DNA of 61,698 nucleotides, the filler included, from Basidiobolus ranarum (lineage: Eukaryota), in assembly GCA_040143965.1 (NCBI GenBank). It is 21 parts of 21 records of this genome, joined end to end, with 100 filler letters (N's around TTAATTAATTAA, not from the genome) between each part and the next. Parts side by side here need not be neighbours in the genome. Positions count along the whole stretch, not along the records: positions 1 to 2,855 come from JASJQH010002919.1; positions 2,956 to 5,810 come from JASJQH010002920.1; positions 5,911 to 8,764 come from JASJQH010002921.1; positions 8,865 to 11,717 come from JASJQH010002922.1; 17 more parts are not named here. One strand, written 5' to 3'. The position numbers and the translations under genes are program-made. Positions 1 to 10,217 of the stretch are shown one piece after another (positions within the stretch are counted from its first letter, which is position 1; each line of letters opens with the position of its first letter). The notes beneath the pieces are model-generated. The model searched no databases. It was not told where the DNA came from and saw only the letters and a program-made list of their open reading frames with translations.

Positions 1-670
1 CCAAACAACCATTTGGACATGAAGGTAGTTTAATTACTGATGGATTATAAGTTATACAATTGACAAGTGTTTTCCACTTGTAGCAGGTCTGCGGCAGGCT
101 ACTGTTGCCAATCAACTGTGGTAAAAGTGTAAGAAAACCAATAAACACCTGGTTGCTAAGATTAGAGTGAACTCTCCACTGCTCAATAATCAAAGCTGCT
201 TCCTTTACTGTAAGTGTTATGATTGGACTAATGTTTGCCAATAACAAAGAGTCTGTAACAAAACCATTATCTTCATCTTCAACTTTGGATATACTACTGT
301 TGATACTGGAATAACCAAGGTCAACATCTAGCAGCTAGTCCTCAAAGTTGTCTGGACTTACTGGTTCAACCAAAGTTGCATTTCTACCTATATTATTCAG
401 GTCATATAACCAAGGTAACTCCACAGTATCTTGACTTTTGCCAGTGTTAACAAAACTTTATGGCAAAGTACAGTCCTTGGACTCATTGGGCATAACTAAA
501 GTGGATTTTGTTCACTCTTTACTTTTGATTTTCACCAGGCTTTGTGTAGTTAGTGACTTTGTACAGTGACTTTGCATGAGATTATTTCTTTTATGAAGGC
601 TCTGGCTTTCATAGCACAAGAATTTGTTAAAAAAGTAGCAGGGCTTCTTTAAACATTTTTGTTGGGGCAT
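1..670 (-). mobile_element. CACTA/EnSpm-type transposase, N-terminal part, degenerate
   Basis: Homologous to 20707-21260(+), 37760-38226(-) and 55620-55730(-). ATG at 670 (MPQQKCLKKPC...), TATA-like TATATA about 35 bp upstream, in-frame stops. Confidence 0.75.
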
Positions 671-882
671 GAGAAGGATATGGTGGGAAAAAGAACACCT
701 CCTATATAAGAGTGGTATTTTAGGTATAGCCCATCAAAATCATCAGCTGATTCTGAGATGGTGTCCCAGATGAGTCATCATGTGATTTTCAAGATATTTC
801 CGGTAACTGATGGCAATTTTGGTTTATTATAAGCTGTTCTAAGCAATTTCATTACACCAAATTCATTATCTGAAAATTTCAG

Positions 883-1479
883 TGCCATTCAAAGAGCATT
901 CAAAATCGGCTTCCAAGCCAAAGCCTGCTGGCACAAAAGGAAAAAGACCGGCAAGAACTGGGTACTTAATTGATGAGTAGTCTAGTGATCTACTATCCAC
1001 TTTGGTAGGCATTGACATGCTGGAAACTAACTCAAGTAATGATGAATCATTTATCAATTTACCAGATGTGTTCCTTTCCAGCAATAGTGCAAGAGAAGAG
1101 ATTGTAGTCCCCCAATTACATAGTAAATCAATAGTTGAGCAAAGTTCAACCAAAACAACATCAAGACCATCAACTTCCAAAATGGCTACTGTGCCCACTA
1201 CTGAACAACCCTCTGTAGATAATTTGGATAGAATTACTACAACTAGGGAATTGCAGGCAGAACACTTTAATGATTTGTATGCATTCATAAGTAAAAACCA
1301 ACAAGTAGCTGAACAGGCCATGACAAGCAATAATGCTGCAATATTGAAATTAATGCAGCATTTGGAAGCAACTAGTCAACAGTTAGAGAGTCACTCAACA
1401 ATAATACAAGACCTTCAGAATGATGTACTGTAGCTACAGCAATATGCTTCTCCCTCTGTCCATTCTTGTACAGGACTTC
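883..1479 (+). mobile_element. Repeated Ser/Thr-rich ORF with a coiled-coil-like segment, divergent from the transposase (putative second gene of the CACTA-like element, N-terminal part)
   Basis: Second copy at 27325-27600(-), where the TAG near 978 reads CAG. CpG-depleted and cut by an LTR at 1480. Confidence 0.55.
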
Positions 1480-1857
1480 TGTTGAAGTTTATTGACTTTA
1501 TTGCATTTGTTATCTCTATCTTTATACACCTAACTATTTCATATATTACACATAAGTTAGTTAGCATTACTTAGTCCAATATCACTTAGCTGAAAATTGG
1601 AACATATATTATATATATATGTGAGTAATGGGAGAATTATCAATTCCATATTGGAAATTTCTAACTTGTCCAAATTGCCTCAAAGATAGCTCATTTTACT
1701 CCCACAGATGTTCTGAACAAAACCCAAGTGTTAGTTGTCTGTATTTCCACCAAAGTGTATAAATGCTTGATTTCTGGACAATATATAATTATCTCACAAG
1801 GGAATTCACAACTCCACTTTTAGAAAGTTCCTCCAAACAGCCCATATCTTACCAATA
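1480..1857 (+). mobile_element. 5' LTR, copia family A
   Basis: TGTTG...CAATA ends, directly followed by a primer-binding site (PBS) and gag. Partial copies at 20028-20333, 29281-29406 and 55731-55836. Confidence 0.85.
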
Positions 1858-1869
1858 GGTTATGAGCCC
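1858..1869 (+). promoter_or_regulatory. Primer-binding site complementary to the anticodon arm of initiator tRNA-Met (half-tRNA priming)
   Basis: GGTTATGAGCCC abuts the LTR end. Its reverse complement GGGCTCATAACC is the iMet anticodon stem-loop. Confidence 0.9.
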
Positions 1870-1889
1870 CATGTTCTAAACTTTACAGC

Positions 1890-2855
1890 ATGAGAGAAAC
1901 CACTACCACCACTTTTATTAACTCAAGTGTTGAAAAGCATAATGGAGAAAATTACAATTTCTGGAAGTTCAAGATGCAAATCATGCTGGAAGACAGGGAG
2001 CTTTGGGATGTTGTCCCTGGAGATGAAAAGGAACCTTCTGACCCTTCTTTATTGGAAGTTTACAACAAAAGAGAAAAGAGGGCCTTTAATGTCATTTGTC
2101 AAGGTTTGAAGGATTAACAACTTGTGTATATTCAATATGCAAAGACTTCCCATTGAGCTTGGACTATATTGAAGGAGTGTTATGAAGCAAAGAGTCTTGC
2201 CAATAGACTCTTTCTCAGACAAAAATTCTTCAATATAAAGATGGAAAGGTTTGACAGCATGGTTACTCATATTTCAAGTGTGAGATTTGTGGTGAAACAA
2301 CTGGGAAATATTGGTGGAACTTAACAGGAAGAAGATGTCATTATGACTCTTCTAAGTAGTGTACCAGAACAGTATTTAAACCTGGTCACTGCTTTGGAAG
2401 CAAGATCTGGCAACTTGTCTTTGGAGTTTGTGGTGGCAAGGCTAATAGATCAATGCCTCAGAGGTAAGTATTTGGAAAAAGAATCTGAGGAAGTGGCTCT
2501 TTTTGGAGCTGGAAAATGTAACTTTGGCAAGTACAAAGGTTACAAAAGAAGGAAAGCAGGTTCATGCTATGGTTGTAACAAATCAGGACATCTGTTAAAA
2601 GATTGCAAATCAAGAAATTACAACAAAAATGAGAAGTCAGAGCAAGCAAATTGGGTTTCAACCAAAGAGGAAGTTTTATTCATTTCAGCCCAGTCAGTGA
2701 CCTCTGAAAAAGACTGTAGGTTATAGTATATTGATTCTGGAGCCTCTCAGCATTTCTCTATTCAAAAAAACTGGTTTAAGACACTCAAAACTGACACAAA
2801 TGAAAAGGTTTATATGGGAGATGACCAGCCACTTGAAGCTCTGGGAGTGGGAGAA
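1890..2855 (+). mobile_element. Ty1/copia gag-protease, degenerate (family A)
   Basis: NGENYNFWKFKM gag start, CYGCNKSGHLLKDC zinc knuckle, IDSGASQH protease motif, premature stops. Confidence 0.92.
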
Positions 2856-2955
2856 NNNNNNNNNNNNNNNNNNNNNNNNNNNNNNNNNNNNNNNNNNNNT
2901 TAATTAATTAANNNNNNNNNNNNNNNNNNNNNNNNNNNNNNNNNNNNNNNNNNNN
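2856..2955. other. Artificial contig linker (N44-TTAATTAATTAA-N44), first of 20. The others start at 5811, 8765, 11718, 14670, 17620, 20569, 23516, 26462, 29407, 32349, 35289, 38227, 41164, 44100, 47035, 49970, 52904, 55837 and 58769
   Basis: Identical 100-bp spacer with stops in all six frames. Contig lengths fall steadily from 2855 to 2830 bp. Confidence 0.99.
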
Positions 2956-5222
2956 CGTATTCTTTTTCCGAATCTAATCGCATTCATCTTTGACATGCAA
3001 ATAAGATTGTTATGCTAGTACTTCTAATTTGGAGCCTTCTGCGCTTCATCGCTTCTATTTGGCTCGGTGGTAAGGGAGGCATTGCCTCCTGGTTTTATGG
3101 TACATTCTCTATCTCCCGGATCATCAGCCCCTTATTACCTGCAGCTCTTGTTGTTGGACAAACAGTAGCGGCTAAACGTCTTCGGGATAAGCAAATTTTT
3201 TGTGTCGATCTTCCCAGGATCATTATTGCTGGTAAAATTCAAATGCTTTGTTTCGATAAAACTGGTACTTTGACCAAGGAGGGTTTAGAATTCTATGGTG
3301 TTCAACCAGTTGGTAGTTATGAGCAAAGAATTGGTCAGGATCTTTCCCAAACTATCCTTGAGTTCGGTCCACGTACTGAGAACTTCGTCGCTATCACCAG
3401 TTTATTTAGGATTGGTCTTGCCACATGTCACTCTGTCACACAAGTGGAAGATCAGTTAATTGGCAATCCAGTGGATATCGAGATGTTCCGCTCTACCAGA
3501 TGGCAACTCCATGACCAGCCTGAGCACGGATTTGTCGATTTGCTGAGATCATCTGATGATCCCAACGGTCAACTCATCCATGTTGTTAAACGTTTCGAAT
3601 TTATCCACGCTAGAGCTTCCATGTCAGTCGCAGTTATGGACCCGATCACGCAACATGTTCACATATTTGTTAAAGGATCATTTGAGGAGGTCAAAGAGTT
3701 GTCAAACCCTAACTCTGTTCCTGCTGATTATGATTCGATGGTCAATAAACTTTTGAAGGCTGCTATGTTTTAGCTATGGCCCATTACGATTTAGGGAAAA
3801 TCGATCCAGCCAGTGTTCGTTCACTGAGCCGTGAGCAATTAGAGTCAAACATCGATTTTATGGGACTTTTTCTTTTCAAGAATATGCTCGAACCAGACAC
3901 CAAGGAGGCTATTGAGGAACTCAAGGCTGGTGATACTCGTACTATCATGATTACTGGAGATACTGCTTTGACGGGTATTTATATTGCTCGTGCGTGTGGA
4001 ATGCTTCCATCCAATAATCAAGTTCTACTTGGAGATGTCGATCGTAACGAAGCTGTTGTCTGGACTGATATTGACTCTGGAGAGGTTTCTGATGTAGAGA
4101 AAACCCTTGAATACAAGCATACTCATCCCGTAGAATTGGCAGTTACAGCAAAAGCCTTCCATGTTCTTTGTGAGAAATCTACTGTTGGATATAGAGTTTT
4201 CGCTCGTATGAAACCTCATGACAAGGTCGAGTGCGTTCAATTACACATGGAGCGTGGTGTTACTACTATGTGTGGTGATGGTGGTAATGACTATGGGGCG
4301 CTTCGTGCCTCACACGTCGGTATAGCTCTTAGTGATGCTAAAGCCTCTATTGTCTCCTCATTCAGTTCGAGCTTCCGCTCGATTATGTCTTGCGTTGAGT
4401 TACTGAAGCAAGGCCGTGCTGCTTTGGCCACCTCTTTCGCTGGATATAAGCACCTAATCATGTACGGTCAGACTATGTCATTTATGAAGATTTTCACTTT
4501 CTACTATTCTATGTCTCCAGCACAAAACATATGGATTCTGATCGATGCGTTTATCACCGTTGGTTTGTCCTGGGCTGTCTCCCAATCAAAACCAGCGAAG
4601 AGTCTGGCCAATAGTCGCCCGAATTCTTGGTCCAGAAACTCTGACCTCAGTACTTGGATTGATAATAATCAACCATTTGTTTGTTATTGGTGCTCATAAT
4701 TTACTTCGTCGACAACCATGGTATCTCTGCAATGAGTTCGATTCTTCCAGCGTTGACTATGTCAAATGGTGGTTACTCGGGGACAATTATGAAGCTGAAG
4801 TGATTGCATTGATGGCCCTCTTCCAGTTTGTCAATTCAGCATTTATCTTTAATCTTGGATATCGATTCCGTGCTAGATGGTATCGTAATTATGCCTTGAT
4901 TTTCCTTTGGGCCGCGTTTGTGGTGATTGTATCCTATATTGGATTAGCTGATCCCAACCGCTTTGGTTGTCTCTTCCGAATTAATTGTGGTGACCCCGAT
5001 CGTGTTGCTGAGCTAGGATATGATCGCCCTAACTGGTATATTGAGACATACAACTTACCTCAGGGATACAACGTGATGCCCATAGACTTTCGTTGGCAAT
5101 TGTGGGGTATAGGTATTGCCAATATGGTACTCGGCGTCTTGTGGCAGATTGTTATTCTTGGGTCAGTTCGTGAGTACTTCAAAAAATTGTACCCATTGAA
5201 ACGTCTTGAGCTTAAATTATAA
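2956..5222 (+). pseudogene. P5-type (P5B/ATP13A-like) cation-transporting P-type ATPase, C-terminal half, two frameshifts
   Basis: PLLPAAL, DKTGTLT phosphorylation site, TGD and GDGGND motifs. Split over three frames, with breaks near 3752 and 4620 and no intron signals there. Confidence 0.85.
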
Positions 5223-5524
5223 TTGAACATTTAATAAGATAGATGCTCCCTCAGCGTTATTCTTTCCAAACTTGAAGTATAGATGTATGTATTAAAACTG
5301 AAAATATTCAATAAACTACTTGAAAATTTATTCACAGTGTGTTAATATTATACCACCCTAGATGATTCACCAGTCCCTAATATCTTTATCTAGTATTGTG
5401 ACTTCAAGTGATATTTATAGGGCCTTAGTAGGGATAATCTATTATATATATATATATGGTCAATTAATTTCTCAGCATATCAGCTTGATATTATCCTGGT
5501 AATACTATGTCCCTAAAAATGCAG

Positions 5525-5561
5525 GCAAGGGGCGTTGACTTCGGATCTGGGCTTTTGCTAC
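5525..5561 (+). pseudogene. Internally deleted, inverted copy of the neighbouring tRNA-Arg gene
   Basis: GCAAGGGGCGTTG + ACTTCGGATCTGG + GCTTTTGCTAC match, in order, the 5' flank/acceptor, anticodon arm and terminator of 5694-5766. Confidence 0.7.
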
Positions 5562-5693
5562 CAAAGGTCGGAGTTGTATGCTATTTTATCCAAATTCTGG
5601 GCGTTGTAAAGGATATACTGGTAAAATATGTGAGTTTGAGCATGATTCATATATCCTTGGTGGGAATGTATTGTACGTACTAAGTAACAAAAG

Positions 5694-5766
5694 CGAGGCG
5701 CATGGGACTCGAACCCACAATCCCCAGATCCGAAGTCTGATGCCTTATCCATTAGGCCAACGCCCC
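5694..5766 (-). tRNA. tRNA-Arg (anticodon TCG)
   Basis: 73-nt cloverleaf GGGGCGT...GCGCCTC-G, anticodon loop CTTCGGA, T loop TTCGAGT, TTTT terminator downstream. Confidence 0.95.
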
Positions 5767-5910
5767 TTGCGTAAATTATTAGAGATATTGTTGTTCACCG
5801 ATAAGAGCAGNNNNNNNNNNNNNNNNNNNNNNNNNNNNNNNNNNNNNNNNNNNNTTAATTAATTAANNNNNNNNNNNNNNNNNNNNNNNNNNNNNNNNNN
5901 NNNNNNNNNN

Positions 5911-6021
5911 TCTGCTCTGCTTATATATCCTGCTTAAACAGTTCTAAGATTCTGCACTTAACTGTTTCTTTGGTTCAGTAAAGTTCAAGACTTTTTATCC
6001 ACTTTTCTCTTGGACACAACA
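5911..6021 (-). repeat. LTR-like repeat family E, partial
   Basis: Begins TGTTGTGTCCAAGAG on the minus strand. An inverted copy starts at 8530. Confidence 0.6.
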
Positions 6022-6360
6022 TGAGCTAAACCTTGGGTATGAAGAACTCTATAAAAATATTCAGGAGAATACATCAAAGAAACTAGTGATTTTGAAGGTG
6101 ACAAATTAATGTTCAAGTAGTAAATGTATAAAATTTGAGTTATGTTTTTTGCACATTTGCTGGTCCATCATTTTCTGAGATTGTGACCAATCATGTCAAC
6201 TGTTTTGTAAGATCTTGAAATTTCACTCCTGAAACCAAAAAAATTGATTAAAATCAAATCTAACTTGATAATTTAATGACAGTAAGTTTATGGTCAAACC
6301 AAAATGGATTAAAATTGTGATGGTTTTCTTACAATAACAATCCTCAAATTTCTGTTAGGG
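6022..6360 (+). mobile_element. Terminal segment of repeated DNA element ending ...TTTCTGTTAGGG
   Basis: Homologous to 18375-18709, 19948-20027 and 50470-50810. Three copies end at the same GTTAGGG; 18709 lacks the last two Gs. Confidence 0.75.
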
Positions 6361-6389
6361 ATGATGGTGAACTGACACACTATCTTGGA

Positions 6390-7263
6390 ATCCAAATTAA
6401 GATAGATAAAGCTACCAAAGCAATAACTTTAAACCAGTCTATGTATATCCTAGATATGCTAAAGAAGTTTAAAATGAAAGAATATAATCCAAAGTCTACC
6501 CGAATGGAGACAAATCTAAGCTTGACCAAAAATGGCTCCAATCAGATGGTCTTGGATTCAAATGGAAGCCAGAAATTTCCTTAGCAGCCTATGATTGGTA
6601 GTTTGATTTATATCATGGTTGAAACATGGCCAGATATTGCATATTCCAAGGGAGTTATGAGCCAATATCTTCAAAATTATGGATCTGATCAAGTCATAGC
6701 AGTTGAGCAGATTGTCAGATATTTGAAAGATACTATGGATCTCTGCTTATGGTACACATATTCTGGATCTAACTTTGATCTGATGAATATACAGATGCAA
6801 ATTGGGAAAGAGATACTGAAGAGAGGGGATCTCAATAGAATACTTATTTCTTTGCTATAATGCAGCTATTTCTTGGAATTCAAAGATAGAACCTACCATA
6901 TCACTTTCAACAACAGAAGCAGAATCCATGGCAGTCTGTGAAGCAACAAAAGAAGCAATACAGTTAAGAAAACTCTCAATAGATTTAGGTTGTTCTCAAA
7001 ATTCACCATCTACATTATTTCAGGATAATCAAAGTTGTATCAAATTAGCTAAAAAACCCATATTTTATAATAGAAGAAAACATATACATGTTAGACATCA
7101 CTTCATTAGAGAGACTATAGTAAATAAGCTTATTGTCTTAACCTAGTATTCTGCCAAAGACATAATTGCTGATATATAACCTCAGATAATTAGCTAGACA
7201 GAAATTAGAGATATTTAGACCTTTCTTAAGATTAGTTTATATGACTATTTAGTTGAGGGAGAG
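6390..7263 (+). mobile_element. Ty1/copia RT-RNase H 3' end plus polypurine tract (PPT), degenerate (family B)
   Basis: IGSLIY..WPDIAY, DNQSCIKLAK and KHIHVRHHFIRE motifs; PPT AGTTGAGGGAGAG at 7251-7263. Confidence 0.92.
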
Positions 7264-7603
7264 TGTTGAAATTAGCTTTGCTTAAGCACCTATATAGTCA
7301 TATATAACTTAGTATTAGCTATCTTACATTTCACCAAAATATTATCCATCATTATCAATTGGAATTTACCTAGAATATTTTTACCAACTTAGAAGTTCTC
7401 AGATACATAGATTTTCAAACTGGTGCTAGAAAACCCAAGCATTGCACACATGTTTCTGGGACCTTCCTCAACAAATTCTACACATTAGTTTACTTACATC
7501 ATGATAAAAGTATAAATGTCAACTTTCTACTCAATAAATCATTAAGTGAAATTCACCAATTTCTCTGATTCTCCACATCACTTCTAACATGCTCTCAAAA
7601 ACA
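7264..7603 (+). mobile_element. 3' LTR, copia family B
   Basis: TGTTGAAATTAGC start directly after the PPT; at least eight related copies in the window. Confidence 0.9.
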
Positions 7604-7828
7604 TGAACACAGAATGTGTCAAGGAAGGTCCCAGGAATATGTGTGCAAAGTTTGGGGCTTCTAGCACAAGTTTGAAAAATCTATATATTGGAAAACTTAC
7701 ATGTTGATAAACAAATTGTAAGAAAGTTCCAATTGATAATAAAAGGTAATATCTTAGTGGCATGTAAGATAACTAAACACTAAGCTAGATATGATTAAAT
7801 AGGTGTTTAGGCAATGCTGATTTCAACA
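7604..7828 (-). mobile_element. Partial family B LTR, inverted (tail-to-tail with the previous LTR)
   Basis: Reverse complement of the first ~225 bp of LTR B, ending TTTCAACA. Confidence 0.85.
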
Positions 7829-7860
7829 AAGGGCAACATGATGGTTAAGATGGCATATTT

Positions 7861-8142
7861 TGTTGAAAGTGTGGTCACTTGTGGTACAAGCAGTAATTCC
7901 CAAAGAGGAAAAAATGGAGTATGGTGACTGCATCTGAACACAAAGTCTAAGGCCAATCAGTTGCTTGTATAGCTGAAATGCCAAAGTACCATACATTGAC
8001 AGACTAGGTTAAGATTCCCTAGCAGTATAGGCATAGCATACAAGGACTGGTAGCTCAGTGGTTAGAGCACCTTGCTAGAGTGAAGGAGGCCCCAGGTTCA
8101 AATCCTGGCCAGACCAATATTTATCCCTAAATAATTTCAATA
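7861..8142 (+). mobile_element. Solo LTR (family T, 282 bp) containing a tRNA-like gene
   Basis: TGTTGAAA...TTTCAATA termini; 5-bp TSD TATTT at 7856-7860 and 8143-8147; gap-free alignment to 22361-22642 (27 differences by hand count). Confidence 0.92.
8044..8116 (+). ncRNA. tRNA-like sequence inside the LTR (isotype uncertain)
   Basis: Acceptor GGACTGG/CCAGACC, D arm GCTC-AGTGGTTA-GAGC, T arm CCAGG-TTCAAAT-CCTGG, A box TAGCTCAGTGG, B box GGTTCAAATCC. The anticodon arm is imperfect. Confidence 0.88.
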
Positions 8143-8340
8143 TATTTAGCTGTGCACATGGACTATCATGGGAGCTAGGTTATGTAAAAAAAGCACTTAT
8201 ATATGTTTTATTGTGTAGGTAGCAGCTAAAACTGTGATATCTTAAGGGTCTTGTCAGGTGTCTCAAGGATGCAATAATCATGGTTGAATAACTCTGGAAT
8301 GAACTGTCTCTTGCCTCTTGGGTCTGTATGACAAAGAAAT

Positions 8341-8529
8341 TGTGGGAGGATCATGACATAATGGGATAGACTTTATATGCTGGAGGCAACTTATGAGAAT
8401 GTTTTTTGGTTACTCTATTCTTAAGAAAATATGGTGACTAAGATAGTAGAGAATTATATCATATGTTTAAGATATTTGGGAGTCTGTGTGACAGGATGTA
8501 ATACATAAGTGGGGGTAATAAGACATAGT
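8341..8529 (+). mobile_element. LTR family D fragment, interrupted by family E
   Basis: Matches 47135-47243(-) (TGTTGGAGGATC...) and 50811-50897 / 59400-59510. Confidence 0.7.
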
Positions 8530-8764
8530 TGTTGTGTCCAAGAGAAAAGTGGATAAAAAGTCTTGAACTTTACTGAACAAACGAAACAGTTAAGTGCAGA
8601 TTCTTAGAACTGTTTTAAGCAGAATATATCAGCAGAGCAGATCTAACTAATACATGTCTTGGGAATAGCAGTGGGTTGCTATGTTATGGTAGAGAGTAGG
8701 TTTGCTAGGCAGCTAGGCTTGGTGTTCTGTAGGTGCTAGTGGATACTAGGCTTGGATAGAAATG
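8530..8764 (+). repeat. LTR-like repeat family E
   Basis: TGTTG start; the first ~110 bp are the reverse complement of 5911-6021. Confidence 0.6.
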
Positions 8765-8872
8765 NNNNNNNNNNNNNNNNNNNNNNNNNNNNNNNNNNNN
8801 NNNNNNNNTTAATTAATTAANNNNNNNNNNNNNNNNNNNNNNNNNNNNNNNNNNNNNNNNNNNNGTTTGGAG

Positions 8873-9194
8873 TGTCGAAATTAGTATTGCCTAAACACTT
8901 ATATAGTCATATATAGCTTAGTATTTAGTTATCCTATATTAAACTAAGGTATCACCCACTATTCTCAATCGGAATTCACTTCGAATATTGACACCAACTG
9001 AGAAGTTCTCAGTTATATAGATTTTTCAAAGAAGCCCCAAACTTTGCACACATGTTTCTTAAACCTTCCTTAACACATTCTACACGTTTGTATGTTTACA
9101 TCTTGACAAACTATAAATGTAAACTGAGTACTCAATAAATCAATTCTTCTGGATATCCAAACCTCTTCCAACAAACTCCCAAAACACTTCAACA
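8873..9194 (+). mobile_element. Family B LTR
   Basis: TGTCGAAATTAG...CTTCAACA; retains several CpGs that other copies have lost. Confidence 0.85.
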
Positions 9195-10217
9195 ACATGA
9201 AGCCTAATATACATTAGGTATATTTTTGAAGCAATGCGCCTTGTTAAGGGGCTCTTTATCAAATGAGCTCTCTCTAACCTGACGATAAAAACTCAAAGAA
9301 CATTAGTATTTGTAATATTACAATGGTATCTTTGGCAGAATATCAGCAAAATATTGACTCAGTCTTACTGGAAAAAGACATGTTCATGATGCAGCTTTGT
9401 AGTTGTTGTTAAAGGTACTACCTCTGTCATATTTGTTATTCCTATCTTTATATCCTTGCCTATTTCGGAATCGTATCTCAGTTAGTTAACATTCTGTATA
9501 ACACTTAAACATATGTTGGATTCTTCTTGATTATCCAAGAATCAGCAATTCAGAACTTGAAATACAAATCTTTCAACCTGAACTCAGAATAACTTATGGT
9601 TGTTAATGTTTCTAGTATATTAGGTGATCGTAACATAGCTGAGTATTTCGTTTCTCCATTATGATTGAATTCTGTTTATAAGCATTTATGGATGTTCTGG
9701 TTAGGGTGGGAAGCGAATGGCAGAATGAGTTTAATAGAAATAAAGTGCATGGTAAGTTTACTTGGATTATACCAACTTAATTAGCATCCTACTTTATTTT
9801 AGTATTGCTCTCTCGCAATCAATGCTTATCAAGTATGCGTTTGTATAATAATAAATTAAACTTACTATAGTCGTAAGAATCATAGAGACGAACTTCATTA
9901 TAGGAAAAGTTTGAATGTGTTACGGATAAGCATGGGCTACGGATGAATGAAACACCAACAGTTTGAATATGCGGCATTAATGGAAAGCACTATCGGCTTT
10001 ACGCATCTTGAATAGAAATAATAAGGAATTTCTTCCAATCCTATTGTTAAGATAATTCATTGATTATGCTACGCTTGTCTGCTTTGGATGATCCTTGGAA
10101 TGATCCTTGACTAGTGTGAAAGTTAAGTGGGCTTTTATTTACGAAGGTATAGTTGTAGCTACAGCGTGTACTTAATCTTATTCGTAGCATTAATATGCAT
10201 TGTGAAGAAACTATGTC

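Noticed and set aside
866-1330. 154-aa minus-strand ORF
   Set aside because: Antisense shadow of the repeated plus-strand ORF; no independent support.
2856-2955. Regularly spaced TTAATTAATTAA palindromes about every 2.95 kb, resembling an array
   Set aside because: Artificial linkers embedded in N runs between size-sorted contigs. ORFs that run into X residues are artefacts for the same reason.
8044-8116. Reading the LTR tRNA as a functional Ser(AGA), Leu(TAG) or amber-suppressor (CTA) tRNA
   Set aside because: The anticodon stem has a G-G mismatch, the acceptor has an A-A mismatch, there is no long variable arm and CpG decay obscures the original sequence. The isotype cannot be assigned.
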